This document shows, one piece after another, positions 55,321 to 55,398 of a stretch of 55,398 nucleotides of DNA (positions are counted from its first letter, which is position 1; every line of letters starts with the position of its first letter). The notes below the pieces were generated by a model that was not told the DNA's origin, ran no database searches, and worked only from the letters and a program-made list of their open reading frames with translations. Position numbers and translations under genes: made by a program. The stretch is taken from the IMG/VR virus record IMGVR_UViG_3300032236_000985, positions 1 through 55,398 of that record, one strand, 5' to 3'. Source of the stretch: a virus (taxonomy: Duplodnaviria; Caudoviricetes).

Positions 55321-55398
55321 CAGGTTCATTTCAGCAAATTAAACTTTAACTTCTATACGAAAGAAAAGGTGTTGGTTCGAATCCAACTGTCAATTTGG
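55321..55398 (+). ncRNA. tRNA-like element (anticodon arm plus T arm, no recognisable D arm); truncated by the window edge
   Basis: TTCT-ATACGAA-AGAA (7-nt loop, ACG at anticodon position), AAGGT, then GTTGG-TTCGAAT-CCAAC (canonical T arm). Confidence 0.55.

Noticed and set aside
1-55398. CRISPR array or long tandem repeats
   Set aside because: No regularly spaced direct repeats were seen, and intergenic gaps are mostly too short.
1-55398. Stop-codon reassignment
   Set aside because: Core genes are full length under the standard code, and TAA, TGA and TAG (e.g. gp41, 23556-23558) all act as stops.
55321-55398. A complete functional tRNA-Arg(ACG) gene
   Set aside because: There is no D arm, no 7-bp acceptor pairing at canonical spacing and no CCA; reported only as a tRNA-like element.

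Overview
This is an AT-rich 55 kb segment of a large T4-like (Tevenvirinae/Kyanoviridae-type) myophage; the host cannot be determined from sequence. The backbone is the conserved T4 core block: gp3, uvsY, uvsW, gp55, gp47, gp46, ligase, gp45, dsbA-like, gp44, gp62, regA, gp43, uvsX, gp41, gp61 and rnh. Nucleotide-metabolism genes include dCMP deaminase, thyX, a MazG-like enzyme, nrdB/nrdA and a HAD nucleotidase. Accessory highlights: (1) A divergent minus-strand DNA-hypermodification operon (TET/JBP dioxygenase, amino acid:DNA transferase-like protein, P-loop kinase). Its two complete proteins end in the same [LI]xxFF sliding-clamp-type tail as this phage's own polymerase and gp55. (2) A ~13.6 kb glycan island with Gmd, Fcl, ColD-like and RfbH-like dehydratases, RmlB, a split transketolase, a GT10 fucosyltransferase and several other GTs. 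(3) A late cluster of proteins with T4 capsid-targeting-like N-termini, including a Dps/ferritin-like protein. (4) An internally deleted GIY-YIG homing endonuclease relic. (5) A tRNA-like half-element truncated at the right edge. All calls rest on motif recognition and synteny; no database searches were run.
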